DNA of 16,705 nucleotides from an uncultured archaeon (GTDB lineage Archaea; Iainarchaeota; Iainarchaeia; Iainarchaeales; DATDZZ01): NCBI GenBank assembly GCA_964373795.1, contig CAYJVY010000016.1:1-16705 (forward strand), in the 5' to 3' direction. Below the pieces are notes generated by a model. That model had not been told where the DNA came from, searched no databases, and saw nothing but the letters and a program-made list of their open reading frames with translations. A program made the position numbers and the translations under genes. This document shows, piece by piece, positions 14,948 through 16,705 of the stretch (its first letter is position 1; every line of letters starts with the position of its first letter).

Positions 14948-15212
14948 ATTCGCCGTTCGCGGTTCATCCCGCGAAGCTGTGCACTACCTTTGGTAGAGCT
15001 TCGGCCTAACCAGTCGAACGGTTCAGGGTTCAGTCCTTGAAGCGCGTTCAGCCGGCAAGGCTGAAGACTGACGTCGGCCCTCGTGCTCGACGCACGAGAC
15101 GTCGCAGCCGGCGAAGCTGAGTGTCCGTAGGCCTTGCGTAGTTAGTGCGACACAGTCTCGCCGGCTGCTCGACAAGCGAAGCGAGCTCGTGTCATATGAC
15201 ATTGTACTCGCC
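14948..15212 (-). ncRNA. GC-rich structured RNA gene, class unresolved (best guess divergent RNase P RNA; SRP RNA not excluded)
   Basis: My hand count for 15001-15180 is 112/180 G+C (~62%), against ~30% in the flanks. Dense helices are present, numbered on the minus strand with nt 1 = 15212. One is AGCCGGCGA (47-55) with UCGCCGGCU (99-107). Another is GACGU-CUCGUGC-loop GUCGA-GCACGAG-bulge-ACGUC (110-143). A third is CAGCC-UUGCC-GGCUG (150-164). A fourth is CGAAGCU-CUACC-AAA-GGUAG-UGCAC-AGCUUCG (210-241). A fifth is UUCGCGG-GAUGAA-CCGCGAA (238-257). TATA-like TTTAAAT (15243-15237) would place a start near G 15212. The strand call rests on this promoter and one G-U pair only. Confidence 0.6.
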
Positions 15213-15288
15213 AAATGTGACTGCAATTGAAAAAGCATTTAAAGAAGGAATTGCTTTATATTATTGAATTACTTTCAAGGTTTGTTAA

Positions 15289-15882
15289 ATGACTGAGAAA
15301 AAAAAGTTTGAATTTGATTTTTATAAACTTGGTTTGTTTGCCTTGGCTTTAATAATTATTTTTTCAATTATTGCAATAATTGTTTTCAAAATTGATTTAG
15401 TGAAATTATTATTTTCTTTGAAAGAATTTGGTTTAGTTGGATTGTTTGTTGCAGCGTTTGTTGCAAATGCATCTCTTTTCTTGGTTACCCCGCTTGACTT
15501 AATTATTTTTACTTTTGGAGTGGTTTACCCTCCTTTAATGGTTGCAATTGCTGCAGGGCTTGGAGCAGCAATTGGGGAAATGTCTGGATATATTGTTGGA
15601 TTAGGGGGAAGAGAAACAATTGCAAAAGTTAAATTAGAACATTTACGGCATTTAGATGAAGTTTATGCAAAAATAAAGCTTTTTGGTTTTCCGTTCATCG
15701 TGTTTGGAGCATTTATTCCTTTTCCATTTGATTTAATTGGAATTACTTGCGGGTTATTTAGATATACTTGGTATAAGTTTTTTGCTGCAGCATTAATTGG
15801 AAAATTTTTTAGATACTTGTTAGTTTCATATGCTGGTTTGTATGGAGTTCAATTAATTAAAACAATTTTTTTAATTGGTTAA
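15289..15882 (+). CDS. VTT/DedA-superfamily membrane protein (YqaA-like, COG1238-like)
   Basis: 197-aa polytopic membrane ORF. FVANASLFLVTPLDLIIF, GLGAAIGEMSGYIVGLGGRE and FIPFPFDLIGITCG...GKFFRY resemble the YqaA pattern. TATA-like TTTATATT (15254-15261) lies about 30 nt upstream of the ATG. Confidence 0.55.
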   Translation: MTEKKKFEFDFYKLGLFALALIIIFSIIAIIVFKIDLVKLLFSLKEFGLVGLFVAAFVANASLFLVTPLDLIIFTFGVVYPPLMVAIAAGLGAAIGEMSGYIVGLGGRETIAKVKLEHLRHLDEVYAKIKLFGFPFIVFGAFIPFPFDLIGITCGLFRYTWYKFFAAALIGKFFRYLLVSYAGLYGVQLIKTIFLIG

Positions 15883-15891
15883 TTTAATTGA

Positions 15892-16705
15892 TTAAATTAA
15901 TTCAGTTAACAAAATTATTCCATAAGCTATTAACATTGCAATTGTTTGAAGAGGTAATGCAGGCAATGGCTTACCAACTTGTTTTGAGGCAATATTTACT
16001 GTGAAAATTAATCCAATTAATGAAGCCAATAAAATTAGTGTTGAAGGAATGAAATTATTTGGAAAAAGAATTTCTTTTTTTACAATGCTTAAAACACTTG
16101 AAGAAAAAACTAATGGAATAACTAAGTCTCCTGTTCCAAGCTCAAATTGATGTTCTTTTGTAGGCATTGCAACAGTGAAAGCTAAATTTTTTCCAGACAA
16201 ATTTTTAGCTAAAGTAATCATGTGCTTTGTTTTAAACACTGCAATTAAGTCATACAATGAAAGCAATGAAATGAATATAATTATTGGAAAAGGATTCAAG
16301 CTCACTCCAAGCAAGGATCCAGCGCCTGCAATTGAAATAATTGAAGCAAGGTTTCGCAGTAAAACATTTTTTGAGTAAATCCATCTACTTGCAACTAAAG
16401 CAATTGATAAAATTAAAACAGGTAAAAGAAATGAAGTGAATGCACTAAATACGATGAAACTAGTTCCAAAAACAGCTAGTGATTCAATTACTTTAAATAA
16501 CGCTCCAATGTCTTTGAAAAACTTTATTAACACTAATAAAATAGCTGTTACAACTAAAATGTATGCAATTAATGCAAGAGAATTAATTGGATCTTCCTTG
16601 TTTTCAGTTACAATTGTTGCTTGCACTTCTTCTTTAATTAAAGTTGAAGCAACAAATAATCCAAGAATTTGAGTAATTAAAAAAATTACAATTAATTGAG
16701 CAATT
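15892..16705 (-). CDS. Presenilin/signal-peptide-peptidase-like GxGD intramembrane aspartyl protease (partial, N-terminus outside the window)
   Basis: It has the YD motif LSLYDLIAV, the GxGD motif LGTGDLVIP and the PAL motif PLPALPL in a multi-TM protein. The ORF-track start at 16626 is GTG. The frame stays open upstream to the window edge, encoding a hydrophobic IAQLIVIFLITQILGLFVAS, so the gene very probably continues beyond 16705. Confidence 0.7.
   Translation of the reverse strand, partial: IAQLIVIFLITQILGLFVASTLIKEEVQATIVTENKEDPINSLALIAYILVVTAILLVLIKFFKDIGALFKVIESLAVFGTSFIVFSAFTSFLLPVLILSIALVASRWIYSKNVLLRNLASIISIAGAGSLLGVSLNPFPIIIFISLLSLYDLIAVFKTKHMITLAKNLSGKNLAFTVAMPTKEHQFELGTGDLVIPLVFSSSVLSIVKKEILFPNNFIPSTLILLASLIGLIFTVNIASKQVGKPLPALPLQTIAMLIAYGIILLTELI

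Noticed and set aside
14948-15212. tRNA, 5S rRNA or C/D-box sRNA interpretation of the GC-rich island
   Set aside because: T-arm-like strings (GGUUCAGGGUUCAGUCC on plus, CCGUUCGACUGG on minus) do not form a 5-bp stem with a 7-nt loop, and no matching acceptor stem exists. No 5S signatures (GAAGUUAAGC, AGUACUGG) are present. A GAUGA element and several CUGA elements occur, but in the wrong order and spacing for a C/D sRNA.
15023-15238. 71-aa minus-strand ORF (MLFQLQSHLAST...)
   Set aside because: It lies entirely within the GC-rich structured RNA island. Its Ser/Arg/Leu/Ala-rich composition is what GC-rich non-coding sequence yields, and I saw no SD and no recognisable domain. The reading frame is best explained as an artefact of the RNA gene.

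Overview
AT-rich archaeal chromosomal segment (coding regions roughly 30% G+C by eye). The gene set includes topoisomerase VI A/B, aIF-1A, aIF-2 beta, Rio1 kinase, a Dim2-like KH protein, DUF424 and a presenilin-like GxGD protease. Together with the small, tightly packed genes this suggests a reduced-genome, DPANN-like archaeon (inference only). Seventeen protein genes are supported. Main points: (1) top6B is interrupted by a 525-aa LAGLIDADG-type intein sitting exactly in the N-box of the GHKL ATP-binding fold. (2) A ~265-nt island of ~60% G+C (14948-15212) packed with nested helices looks like a structured RNA gene. I could not settle its class by eye: several collinear RNase P-like 3'-half motifs are present, but there is no canonical GGAAAGUCC and no SRP helix-8 signature. 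(3) Twin 18-bp palindromes bracket the TATA box of an AAA+/DUF4143 ATPase gene. (4) A stand-alone PEP-utilising-enzyme ATP-grasp domain gene lies next to a HAD phosphatase gene. (5) A SpoT/Mesh1-type HD hydrolase gene follows an aIF2beta-DUF424-aIF1A operon. (6) A PKD-repeat lipoprotein carries an uncharacterised C-terminal half and a 12-bp in-frame tandem repeat. I saw no CRISPR array, transposase, tRNA or rRNA, and no recognisable multi-gene defence or toxin-antitoxin module. Several ORF-track N-termini begin at TTG and look over-extended. I re-called them using a recurring pattern: a TATA box about 27 nt upstream of the ATG (leaderless first genes) or a GGAGG/GGTGA Shine-Dalgarno element (internal genes). 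All homology statements come from motif recognition by eye, not from searches.
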